Part shown: positions 1 to 8,708 of the stretch, piece after piece
How positions within the stretch are numbered: position 1 is the stretch's first letter
How the letters are laid out: each line of letters opens with the position of its first letter
Source: a virus
Taxonomy: Duplodnaviria > Caudoviricetes
DNA: 64,000 nucleotides
Virus record (IMG/VR): IMGVR_UViG_2896201746_000001
Location: 1 to 64,000 of that record
Direction: 5' to 3' (one strand)
Notes under the pieces: model-generated
What the model saw: the letters and a program-made list of their open reading frames with translations, nothing else
The model's database searches: none
What the model was told of the DNA's origin: nothing
Position numbers and translations under genes: made by a program

Positions 1-33
1 ACGCTCGACGAAGCGAAGGCGCTGCTGAGCTGA
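1..33 (+). CDS. 3' end of an upstream virion-region ORF (partial)
   Basis: Open frame TLDEAKALLS then TGA at 31-33 with typical codon usage. Confidence 0.4.
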   Translation, partial: TLDEAKALLS

Positions 34-66
34 CTCGCGTCTGAAGACAGCCGCCAGGGCCTGTTT

Positions 67-143
67 TCGCCCCGTGGAGCGCGCTCTTCCGGTTCTCTGC
101 GACACGCGACGCAGACAGGCCGGCAAAGCGCTCCACGGGGCGA
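67..143. repeat. Long inverted repeat / RNA hairpin
   Basis: TCGCCCCGTGGAGCGC (67-82) is the exact reverse complement of GCGCTCCACGGGGCGA (128-143); inner CCGG..TCTGCG/CGCAGA..CCGG pairing. Confidence 0.8.
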
Positions 144-158
144 TTTTCGCAAGAGGAG

Positions 159-692
159 ATGCACCGCATGCCCGTGACCCGTTCTGACATCGTGCTGCGC
201 GTCTCGAACGACGCGGCCAACCGGCAGACCGCCAACAGCTTCGTCACCTACGAGGAGATGGTCGACCTGGTGAAGTTCCGTGTCGACCGGCAGCTCTGGG
301 ACGAGCGTAGCGAGGACGAGCAGGTCCGCGCGATGGTTGCCGCCTACGAGGATGTCGTCCGCCTGCCCTTCAGCCGGCGCTTCGGTCGCTCGCAGTCGAT
401 GGACAATGAATGGGTCGAGCTGTTCGGCGAGCCGGCGATGGGCGAATGCCCCCTGGAGGATCCGGAGTTCGTCTGGTCGGTCAGGAAGTGCCAGGCCATC
501 CAGACCCTCTACATCCTGGGCGGCACCCAGGTCCGCGACATGGCCCGCGAGGGCGTTCTCGGCACCCGCGCCGTCGCCGGCCGCAACACCGAAACCTTCT
601 TCGCCGGTTACCGCGGGCCGGTCTGTGTCGAAGCGATCGAGGTGATCGCCCGGCACCTCAACCTGATGCCCAGCATGCGGCGATTCCTCTGA
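159..692 (+). CDS. Putative head-tail adaptor protein
   Basis: 177 aa with ANSFVTYEE motif typical of adaptor (DnaT-like) family; GAGGAG RBS; first gene of neck block; start may be 168. Confidence 0.6.
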   Translation: MHRMPVTRSDIVLRVSNDAANRQTANSFVTYEEMVDLVKFRVDRQLWDERSEDEQVRAMVAAYEDVVRLPFSRRFGRSQSMDNEWVELFGEPAMGECPLEDPEFVWSVRKCQAIQTLYILGGTQVRDMAREGVLGTRAVAGRNTETFFAGYRGPVCVEAIEVIARHLNLMPSMRRFL

Positions 693-709
693 TGGCCGGC
701 CGTCATTCT

Positions 710-768
710 TCAATGAGAAGAGAGATATAATATATATAATAATATTCTTCTCTCATTGATGACTGATA
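710..768. promoter_or_regulatory. AT-rich inverted repeat overlapping a 16-bp operator-like box
   Basis: TCAATGAGA (710-718) pairs with TCTCATTGA (751-759) around an A/T-only core; box TATCAGTCATCAATGA on minus strand at 753-768. Confidence 0.6.
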
Positions 769-830
769 GTGAATTTGCGTCAGCGAATCGAACCTTATAG
801 AATGACGCGAGCAAGCCATTCGAGGTGAGG

Positions 831-1190
831 ATGTCCAGCCGGTATCCCTTTCCGCTGCGCCGCACGCCCTGGTTCCCGCTGACCATCGAGGTCCGCCGGG
901 CGACCGGGCGCGATGCGTTCGGCCGGCCGAAGGAATACGGGCCGGTGCGCCGCTATGCCGCCCGGCTGTCGAGCGAGCTGAACGCGCAGATGATCGACGG
1001 CCAGATGCGGGCCGAGCAGCGCGGCGTCGTGCTCGATGTCGCCGCCGCCGACATCGCCGTCGGCGAGCTGCTGACCTACGCCGGCGAGGAATACACGATC
1101 ACCTCCGCCCTGCCCGTCCACGATCACCGCGGCGAGGCGCACGCCCAGCAGGTCCAGGCCTACATCAAGCGCGGCGAGGGAGGGCGCTGA
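831..1190 (+). CDS. Putative head-closure (stopper) protein
   Basis: About 119 aa, GRDAFGRP motif, beta-rich, GAGGTGAGG RBS, position after adaptor. Confidence 0.6.
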   Translation: MSSRYPFPLRRTPWFPLTIEVRRATGRDAFGRPKEYGPVRRYAARLSSELNAQMIDGQMRAEQRGVVLDVAAADIAVGELLTYAGEEYTITSALPVHDHRGEAHAQQVQAYIKRGEGGR

Positions 1191-1657
1191 TGCCGAGCGG
1201 CAAGGTCCATTTCGACGGCACCGCCTTCGTGCGTCATCTGTCCGACATCACCAAGGCGGTGCAGAAGAAGACCCCGGAAGCGCTGCGGGCGCTGGCCGAG
1301 GAGGTGCGCGACGGCGCTGTCGCCCGCGCCCCCATCAAGAGCGGCGAGCTGCGTGAGAGCATCCGCGTCGAGATGCAGCCGAGCGGCCGGGTTGCCGACA
1401 TCGTCGTCGGGCCGGTCTACGGCAAGGGCGGCTACAACTATGCGATCGCCATGCACGAGGGCCACCCGAAGGTGATCGGCGGCCTCTACGAGCTGGGCGA
1501 ACTGTCGCAGGCCTACAGCGACGGCCCGGCCCATTACGGCAAGGGCATCGGTGTCAAGTTCCTGGAGCGCGCCTTCAACGCTGTCTATCGCAGCGCGATG
1601 AAGCGCCTCGCCGGCGACTACGCAGACGCGATCCGCAGCGCCACGAGGGGCCGCTGA
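1190..1657 (+). CDS. HK97 gp10-like neck/tail completion protein
   Basis: APIKSGELRESI, YAIAMHEG and KFLERA motifs; TGATG overlap. Confidence 0.75.
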   Translation: MPSGKVHFDGTAFVRHLSDITKAVQKKTPEALRALAEEVRDGAVARAPIKSGELRESIRVEMQPSGRVADIVVGPVYGKGGYNYAIAMHEGHPKVIGGLYELGELSQAYSDGPAHYGKGIGVKFLERAFNAVYRSAMKRLAGDYADAIRSATRGR

Positions 1658-1659
1658 CG

Positions 1660-2043
1660 ATGCTGCTATACGAACTGCTGAAATACGTCGACAGTGCATC
1701 CGGCGGTGCCCTGGGCGTCGAAGGAACGTCGCTCTTCATCGGCCTCGCCCCGAGCGACGCCCAGAGCGCCTCGATCTTCGTCCAGCAGGGCGGCGAGCGG
1801 CGCGACTACGCGCCCGGCCTGCGCCGGCTGAGCTTCCAGGTGTTCACCCGCGACCCGGACATTCAGGCCGCCGAGGCGCGGGCGAGCGGCATCGCAGACG
1901 TCCTGACGCTGCGCGCGGCTGCCGTCGGACCCTATCACGTCTACGAGTGCAATCCGCGCCACGAGCCTCTGTTCCTCGGCCGCGAGGACAGCGGCCTCTA
2001 CACCTTCGTCATCAACTATGCCGCTAACTGGCGCGCGGCGTAA
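1660..2043 (+). CDS. Putative tail terminator protein
   Basis: 127 aa directly before the major tail gene; LFIG..P and FQVFTR pattern. Confidence 0.6.
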   Translation: MLLYELLKYVDSASGGALGVEGTSLFIGLAPSDAQSASIFVQQGGERRDYAPGLRRLSFQVFTRDPDIQAAEARASGIADVLTLRAAAVGPYHVYECNPRHEPLFLGREDSGLYTFVINYAANWRAA

Positions 2044-2055
2044 TCGGAGACCATC

Positions 2056-2577
2056 ATGACCGTGAACACCGAAGACATCTCGCTCGGCGTCTGCGACGTC
2101 ACCTTCGACGGCATCGACCTCGGCTCGACCAAGGGCGGCGTCGAGGTGTCGATCAAGACCTCCAACTACGAGGTGAAGGCCGACCAGCTCGGCGACACCC
2201 CGGTCAAGGACGTCATCACCGGCACCACCGTCGAGGTGAAGGTGCCGATGCTGGAGACGAACCTGACCAAGCTGAAGTCCGTCATGCCGCAGGCCGTCGG
2301 CATCGGCACGTCCGGCTCGGAGGTCGGCGTCGAGATCCGCTCCGGCGTCAACATCGACCTGCTCGATCTGGCGGCCGAGCTGAAGCTGCACCCGACCGGC
2401 GTCGACGCCAGCTACACCAAGGACGACTTCACCGCCTTCAAGGCCGCGCCCCTGCCGAACTTCACCTTCAAGTACGAGACCGGCAGCGAGCGCGTGTACG
2501 AAGTCACCTTCAAGTGCTACCCGGACACCAGCGCGAACAACAAGATTGCTGCGTTTGGCAAGCCCACTGCGCCCTGA
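2056..2577 (+). CDS. Major tail tube protein
   Basis: LGVCDVTFDGIDLGSTKGGVEV motif, strongly biased codons, position. Confidence 0.85.
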   Translation: MTVNTEDISLGVCDVTFDGIDLGSTKGGVEVSIKTSNYEVKADQLGDTPVKDVITGTTVEVKVPMLETNLTKLKSVMPQAVGIGTSGSEVGVEIRSGVNIDLLDLAAELKLHPTGVDASYTKDDFTAFKAAPLPNFTFKYETGSERVYEVTFKCYPDTSANNKIAAFGKPTAP

Positions 2578-2606
2578 TAATATCAATCATCGGTGAATTT
2601 AACTAA

Positions 2607-2630
2607 GGCGGGGAGACGAGAATCCCCGCC
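2607..2630 (+). terminator. Hairpin after the major tail gene (weak terminator or attenuator)
   Basis: GGCGGGGA..TCCCCGCC stem; no U-tract. Confidence 0.4.
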
Positions 2631-2648
2631 TGCATCCCCAGGAAGCCC

Positions 2649-3017
2649 ATGTCCCAGCCCACCGTTCTGAACCTCGACGAGTTCCGCGTCACCCGCTCCG
2701 TCATCATCAATGGCGTCGAGCGGACGTTGAAGAACATGACGGTCGAGCAGTTCATCGAAGCCGACGACATCGAGAAGAAGCTGGCCTCGGCCGAGACGCC
2801 GCGCGATCAGGCCAAGATTCTGGTCGAGGTGATCTCCGAATATCTCGAAGACACCCCGGTCGCCGACATCATGAAGCTCGACGTCGGTCAGCTCCTGATC
2901 CTGCTCGCTTTCATCCGCGGCTCGGACATCTCGGACAAGATCAAGGGCGCGGCTGCGGAGGCCGGCGCACCGGGGGAAGCCAAGGCGGGCAAGCGCAAGG
3001 GCCGCAGCGCGAGCTGA
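2649..3017 (+). CDS. Tail assembly chaperone (gpG-like)
   Basis: 122 aa between tail tube and tape measure; slippery GGGGGAA at 2972-2978. Confidence 0.8.
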   Translation: MSQPTVLNLDEFRVTRSVIINGVERTLKNMTVEQFIEADDIEKKLASAETPRDQAKILVEVISEYLEDTPVADIMKLDVGQLLILLAFIRGSDISDKIKGAAAEAGAPGEAKAGKRKGRSAS

Positions 3018-3310
3018 TCCAGCTCGACTTCGGCTACTGCTTTGCCCGCGTCAGCCGCTTTTACGCCATCGACCCGCTCCGGCTCCTCCAGATGCCGGTG
3101 CGGATGTTCTGGAAGCTCTTCGAGGAAATCGACCGGCTGCGTGCGGAAGAGCTGGCCGAGTGGATGCCGGTGCATATGGCCGCGATGGGCGGCGGGGCGA
3201 AGCAACTCTACGCCCGCCTGCAAGGCCGGATCGGTACGCCCCTGGTCTTCGAGGTCACGGGAGGTCTCACGGACGAGGCGCGCGAGCGCCTGCGCAAGCA
3301 TTTCGGCTAA
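2972..3310 (+). CDS. Tail assembly chaperone -1 frame extension (gpT-like)
   Basis: -1 frame is open from the slippery site through ELIQLDFGYCFARVSRFY..MPVRMFWKL to TAA at 3310. Confidence 0.75.
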   Translation, partial: GGSQGGQAQGPQRELIQLDFGYCFARVSRFYAIDPLRLLQMPVRMFWKLFEEIDRLRAEELAEWMPVHMAAMGGGAKQLYARLQGRIGTPLVFEVTGGLTDEARERLRKHFG

Positions 3311-3322
3311 AGAGGCAAGGGA

Positions 3323-6300
3323 ATGTCGTTCAACGTCGGTACGCTGTTCGCGCGGCTCGATCTGGACAATCGGAGCTTCATCGTCGGCATGGCCCAGGCC
3401 ACCGGCGCTGTCACGACATTCCAGCGCCTGACGCACAACACCTCCAACGCGCTCGGCAATCTCGCCGTCGCGTTTTCGGCCGTCGGCATCGGCGAGTTCA
3501 TCGCGCTGACAATCAAGGCCGGCGAAGAGATGACGGGCCTCCAGCGCAAGCTGGAAGTCTTCGCGGACAGCTACAACAAGCTGGGCAAGGGGACGACGTC
3601 GGCGCAGCAGGAGATCGAATACCTGCGCGAGACCGCGATCCGCACCGGCGCGTCGTTCGACAGCCTGCAGAAGACCTTCGCCCAGCTCGCCCCCGTCGCC
3701 GTCTCCAACGGCGTGGCGCTCGACACGGTCAAGAAGGCGATCGAGGGGACGATCGGTGCCGGCTCGCTGATGGGCACCACCTCAGAAGAGCTGCACCGCG
3801 CCTTCGTGGCGATCCGGCAGGTCATCGGCAAGGACAAGCTCCAGATGGAGGAGCTGCGCGGCCAGCTCGGCGAAGCGCTGCCCAACTCCATGCAGATCGT
3901 CGTGAACGGTCTGAACCGCCTGATCGAGAGGGGCCAGCTCACCGCCCAGTCGATCGGCCTGATTGGCACAAACAGCCGGGTCACGATCGCCAGCCTGCAG
4001 CGACTGATCTCCGAGGGCAAGATCTCGGGCGACACCTTCGTCAATGCCTGGGCAGCCGGCACTGCGGAGTTCGCCAAGTTCGCCGAGCTGACCACGACCA
4101 CCGTCACCGGCCAGATGGAGCGAATGGCGACGGTGATGAAGACGAACATCGGCTCGATCATGCGCGACAGCGAGTTGAACCTCACGCTGGCCGCGCTGAC
4201 CGAGGCGTTTGTCGACTGGTTCGACCGGGTCACGACGCTGAGCGGCGAGCGCTCGAAGGAGATCGGCCAAAAGCTGATCTCGGGCTTCATGGATTTCGGC
4301 CAGGCGCTGGCCCGCCTGCTCGACGAGACGCGCCAGTTCAACAGCGCTGTACTGGCCGGCGTTGTCTCGTTGGTATCGAACATTGGCGAGACGGTGATGT
4401 CGCTGATGCGCATCCTGCCCGCCGACCTCATCGAGATGGGCATCATCGGCTACCTGATCTTCGGCCGCGGCGGCATCGGCGGGCTGCTGCGCGGCATCCT
4501 GAAGGTCGTCACCGGCGTCGCGGCGCTGGGCGAAGGGCTGAAGTGGATCGACAGCAAGACTGGCTGGTTCGGGCTGAAGGAGGGCGAGAACCCCTTCGAT
4601 GTCGCGATCGACCGGCTGCGCCAGAACGCCGCCGAGGTTGACATCAGGCGCGCTGCCAAGCAGGTCCAGTACCGGCGCAACGCCCTGGCCGAGACCGAGA
4701 GCGCCAATCGGCCGAAGATCGACGCGCTGAACGCTTGGATCGAGCAGAACGCCGGCAACCCAAGAAACCCAACCTTCTCGGACAACTCCGGCATCTTCGG
4801 ACGCCGCGGCGGCCTCTACACGTTGGCCGACGTGATGGCCAAGCGCGACGAGTTGCTGAAGCAGAACGCCGACGCCCGGGCGTCCTTCGAGAAGGACATG
4901 GCCCTCTACAAGCAGGCCTACAACGAGGGACTGGAGCTTCAGACCAAGCAGTTGAACGGCAAGGGCGGCGTCGCCGGCTTCGTCGGCGACATGCTCGGCA
5001 ACAACCCGCTCGATGAGCCGGAAAAGAAGGTCGGCGAGTTCGAGCAGACCTTCATCGACTTCCGCAACTCCATTGCCCGGGCGACGGCCGCCAACAAGGC
5101 GATGATCGACGAGTCGCGCCGCAACTCGCCGTCCATCGTCACCGAGTTCATGCCCGGTGATGCGATCTCCGGCCTGTCGCAGAGCGACCAGCAGAACCTG
5201 CTGAACATGAACGCCGGCGTGCTGGAGATGGTCAAGACGCTCCAGGGCAACAGCTCGTTCCGCGTCGCCAAGATCACCGAATCCGTCGTCGAAAAGCTGA
5301 ACAAGTTCAACGAGAAGTACGGCAAGGTCTTCGACGAAGAGGAAAGCGGCAAAACCAGCTACGGCCTCGCCAAGCGCGGCCAGTACCAAAGCCAGTTCAT
5401 CCTGGAAGGCGCGCAGGCGCTGTCGAGCGTCAGCCTCGCCGGCCTGTCGCCGGAGCACAAGGCCGAGACGGTCGCCGCCCTGCGCAAGGCCGTCGCTGAT
5501 CTGCGCCAGCGCGCGGTTGCGACCGGCGTTTCCGAGACCGTTCGCGAGATCGACCTGCTCGGCAAGGACGTCGAGAAGAAGATCGCCGACGATCGCCAGC
5601 GCGACGCCAACAAGGCCGATGCCGCGGCCAAGAAGGCGCTCCAGCAGCGCATCAAGGCCCTGACCAGCGAGAGCAAGGAGTATCTGTTCTCCGGCCAGTT
5701 CGGCACCGATTCCCTGGCCGCCTATGTCGCCTACGGCCTGGACGGCGATCTCGGCATGGCCCAGTCGCGCAAGCGGCAGGCCGATCTGCTGCGCCAGAAC
5801 CTGGATCCGAACGATAAGAACCTGAACCCCTACGATCCGCGCTGGACCCAGGAGCAGCGCCTGCAGAACGCGCTCGAAGGCGAGCGGCTGACGCTGCGCA
5901 AGTCGATCCTGCAGACCGAAGCACAGCTCGCCTTCTATCGCGACGACAGCCGCTTCGAGCTGGCCCTACAGAAGGAGAACCAGGCCCTCCAGCTCCAGCT
6001 TGAGCAACTCCGCGAGAAGCTGCGCCTGCTGGCCGACCCGAAGTACCAGAGCCTGTTCCAGCAGAGCTATGTCGCCAACCTGAACGCCGGGGCGGCGCAG
6101 ACCCGCCTCACCGCGGCTACCGCCATGTCGCCGGAAGGCCGCGACGCGCAGTTCAACTCCGACGCCGCCCAGGAGGAGATGAGCTTCGCGAAGATGACCT
6201 ACGACTACAGCCTGAGCCTTGAGCAGCGTCTCCAGCTCACGCGCACCCAGAACATCCAGAACTTCGTCGATGCCTGGTCGAGCGGGCTTGCCGACATCCT

Positions 6301-6832
6301 CACCGGCCAGGAGTCGATCGGCAAGGGCTTCGCGAAGATGATCGGCAACATGGCGCAGATGCTGGCCCAGTTCTTCGCGCGCTGGATGGTGCAGCAGGCT
6401 GCGCTCGGCATCATGGGCTTCTTCGGCATCGGCGGCACGACGGCGAAGGTGAACCACACCGGGGCGATGGTCGGCGACGGCCCGTCTCGGATCGTGCCCG
6501 CCGGCCTGTTTGCCAATGCGCCGCGCTTCCACACCGGCGGTCTGGTGTCGGGCGAGGTGCCGATCATCGCGCGCAAGGGCGAGGCGGTCTTCACGCCTGA
6601 GCAGATGGACAACGCCGACAGCCTGATCCGCGCCGCGACCCAGGGCGGCCAGAGCGTCACCCAGAACGTCACCGTCAACGTCTCGGGCGGCTCGTCGGGC
6701 AACAAGGAACAGGACAAGGCCCTGGCCGAGCGGATCGGCGCGACGGTGAAGGAGCAGCTCCGGGCAATGATGGGCTACGAGCTGCGCCAACAGATGCGCC
6801 CGGGCGGTATGCTGAACAACCTGCGGAGCTGA
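3323..6832 (+). CDS. Tape measure protein
   Basis: 1169 aa; KLQMEELRGQLGEALP tape-measure domain; C-terminal PRFHTGG..EVPIIARKGE motif. Confidence 0.93.
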   Translation: MSFNVGTLFARLDLDNRSFIVGMAQATGAVTTFQRLTHNTSNALGNLAVAFSAVGIGEFIALTIKAGEEMTGLQRKLEVFADSYNKLGKGTTSAQQEIEYLRETAIRTGASFDSLQKTFAQLAPVAVSNGVALDTVKKAIEGTIGAGSLMGTTSEELHRAFVAIRQVIGKDKLQMEELRGQLGEALPNSMQIVVNGLNRLIERGQLTAQSIGLIGTNSRVTIASLQRLISEGKISGDTFVNAWAAGTAEFAKFAELTTTTVTGQMERMATVMKTNIGSIMRDSELNLTLAALTEAFVDWFDRVTTLSGERSKEIGQKLISGFMDFGQALARLLDETRQFNSAVLAGVVSLVSNIGETVMSLMRILPADLIEMGIIGYLIFGRGGIGGLLRGILKVVTGVAALGEGLKWIDSKTGWFGLKEGENPFDVAIDRLRQNAAEVDIRRAAKQVQYRRNALAETESANRPKIDALNAWIEQNAGNPRNPTFSDNSGIFGRRGGLYTLADVMAKRDELLKQNADARASFEKDMALYKQAYNEGLELQTKQLNGKGGVAGFVGDMLGNNPLDEPEKKVGEFEQTFIDFRNSIARATAANKAMIDESRRNSPSIVTEFMPGDAISGLSQSDQQNLLNMNAGVLEMVKTLQGNSSFRVAKITESVVEKLNKFNEKYGKVFDEEESGKTSYGLAKRGQYQSQFILEGAQALSSVSLAGLSPEHKAETVAALRKAVADLRQRAVATGVSETVREIDLLGKDVEKKIADDRQRDANKADAAAKKALQQRIKALTSESKEYLFSGQFGTDSLAAYVAYGLDGDLGMAQSRKRQADLLRQNLDPNDKNLNPYDPRWTQEQRLQNALEGERLTLRKSILQTEAQLAFYRDDSRFELALQKENQALQLQLEQLREKLRLLADPKYQSLFQQSYVANLNAGAAQTRLTAATAMSPEGRDAQFNSDAAQEEMSFAKMTYDYSLSLEQRLQLTRTQNIQNFVDAWSSGLADILTGQESIGKGFAKMIGNMAQMLAQFFARWMVQQAALGIMGFFGIGGTTAKVNHTGAMVGDGPSRIVPAGLFANAPRFHTGGLVSGEVPIIARKGEAVFTPEQMDNADSLIRAATQGGQSVTQNVTVNVSGGSSGNKEQDKALAERIGATVKEQLRAMMGYELRQQMRPGGMLNNLRS

Positions 6833-6835
6833 CGA

Positions 6836-7186
6836 ATGACCGTTCCCACCTTCGTTCCGCCCTACCCGCCCGTGCTCGGCAGCGAGATCGAGCCGGAGTT
6901 CAAGGTGCTGGAGGCCGGCTTCGGCGACGGCTACACCCAGCGCGCCGCGGACGGCCTCAACAACATCCGCGACCAGCTCACCGTGACCTGGGAGCGGCTG
7001 ACCTCGACGGAGCTGTCGGTGATCGAGGATTTCATCCGGGCACGCCGCGGCACCGAGAGCTTCTGGTGGCAACCGCCGGGCGACCATTACCCGCGCCGGT
7101 GGATTTGCCGGAAGCTCAAGCGCACGCGCGCCAGCAACAACGGCATCAACCTGAACGCCACCTTCATCGAAGTCTTCGACGCCTGA
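6836..7186 (+). CDS. Distal tail protein (lambda gpM-like)
   Basis: FGDGYTQRAADGLN and SFWWQPP motifs. Confidence 0.9.
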   Translation: MTVPTFVPPYPPVLGSEIEPEFKVLEAGFGDGYTQRAADGLNNIRDQLTVTWERLTSTELSVIEDFIRARRGTESFWWQPPGDHYPRRWICRKLKRTRASNNGINLNATFIEVFDA

Positions 7187-7193
7187 TCCAGCC

Positions 7194-7949
7194 ATGAGCC
7201 AGACCAACATCCCGGGGTGGGAAAGCCGCCCAGCACTCGCCGCAGCCGCCCAGACGCCGAATCCCGGTGCCTATGTCGAGCTGTTCACCCTCGACCTGAC
7301 CAACTATGCCGGCGGCTCGGTCTACCATTTCACGCCCTCTGCCGGCCCGGCCGACCCGATCTCCTTCGGCGGCATCGTCTACACGCCGGTCGAGATGGAG
7401 ACGGAGGGCTTCGAGTGGACCTCGTCCGGCTCGCTGCCAACGCCCCGCATCCGGATCGCCAACATCAACCGGCAGATGAGCAGCCTGATCTACGAGTTCT
7501 CCGACCTGCTCGGCGGCCGGGTGACGCGCCTGCGCACCTTCGACTGGTGCCTGGACGGGCAGCCCGGGGCCGACCCGCTCGCCTATATGCCGCCCGACAT
7601 CTACCGCGTCGAGCGCAAGAGCCTGCTCGACAAGACCCATGTCGAGTTCGAGCTGTCCGCCTCGATCGACCAGGAAGGCGCAATGCTGCCCGGCCGGCAG
7701 GTGCTGCGCGACAACTGCACCCGCATCTACCGCACCTGGAACGGCGGCGGCTGGACGATCACCGACTGCCCCTATTCCGGCAGCGCCTGCTTCACCGCGA
7801 CCGGACAGCCCACCGGCGACGCCAGCAAGGACGTCTGCGGCCGGCGGCTCAGCGACTGCAAGCTGCGCTTCGGCTCGAAAGCGTCGCTGCCGTTCGGCGG
7901 CTTCCCGGGAGTCTCGCGCGCACGGGTATCGACCGGCTCGTCGATTTGA
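7194..7949 (+). CDS. Minor tail protein L (lambda gpL-like)
   Basis: VELFTLD, C-terminal Cys cluster DVCGRRLSDCKLRF, LPFGGFPG. Confidence 0.92.
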   Translation: MSQTNIPGWESRPALAAAAQTPNPGAYVELFTLDLTNYAGGSVYHFTPSAGPADPISFGGIVYTPVEMETEGFEWTSSGSLPTPRIRIANINRQMSSLIYEFSDLLGGRVTRLRTFDWCLDGQPGADPLAYMPPDIYRVERKSLLDKTHVEFELSASIDQEGAMLPGRQVLRDNCTRIYRTWNGGGWTITDCPYSGSACFTATGQPTGDASKDVCGRRLSDCKLRFGSKASLPFGGFPGVSRARVSTGSSI

Positions 7950-7985
7950 CCCTTTATCAGTCAGCGGTTACATATAGGGAGGAGA

Positions 7986-8708
7986 ATGGAGTGCCTCCCG
8001 ATGTTCACCTCCGACGCCGTCCTTGCGATGAAGACCCACGCCCTCGCCGAATACCCGCGCGAGAGCTGCGGCATCGTCGTGGACGGCGTCTATTTTCCGC
8101 TCCCCAACCGCGCGGCCGATCCCGAGCGCAACTTCCGCATCGACGACGCCGACTATATCGAACACGCCGACCGGATCGAGGCGATCGTCCACAGCCATCC
8201 GGACGGCCCGCTCCACCCCTCCGCCGCTGACATGCGCGGCCAGATCGCCAGCGCCGTTCCCTGGGCGATCCTGGCGGCCGACGGCGAGCGCTGCTCGGAG
8301 CCGTTGATCTGGGGCGACGGCGTGCCGGTGCCGGAGCTGATCGGTCGCGAGTTCGTTCACGGCGTCACCGACTGCTACGCGCTCGTGCGCGACTACTACC
8401 GCACCGTCCTCGGCATCGTGCTGCCCGAGTTCCCGCGCGACGACGAGTGGTGGACGAAGGGGCAGAATCTCTACCTCGACCATTTCGGCGAGGCCGGCTT
8501 CTCGGTCGTGCCGCTCGATGACGCCCGTGTCGGCGATGTCGTGCTGATGACCGTGCTGTCGCCGGTCCCCAATCATGCCGGCGTCATCTTCGAGCCTGGC
8601 ACGCTGCTGCATCACCTGCCGCGCCGCCTGTCGCGCCGCGAACCGCTCGGCCTCTGGCACCGGCAGATCGTCCATATCCTGCGCCACAAGGACCGCGCCG
8701 ATGGCTAA
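7986..8708 (+). CDS. Tail assembly protein K (JAB/MPN plus NlpC/P60)
   Basis: YPRESCG, HSHP..PS..D JAB motif, DCYALVRDYY, NHAGV; start may be 8001. Confidence 0.92.
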   Translation: MECLPMFTSDAVLAMKTHALAEYPRESCGIVVDGVYFPLPNRAADPERNFRIDDADYIEHADRIEAIVHSHPDGPLHPSAADMRGQIASAVPWAILAADGERCSEPLIWGDGVPVPELIGREFVHGVTDCYALVRDYYRTVLGIVLPEFPRDDEWWTKGQNLYLDHFGEAGFSVVPLDDARVGDVVLMTVLSPVPNHAGVIFEPGTLLHHLPRRLSRREPLGLWHRQIVHILRHKDRADG

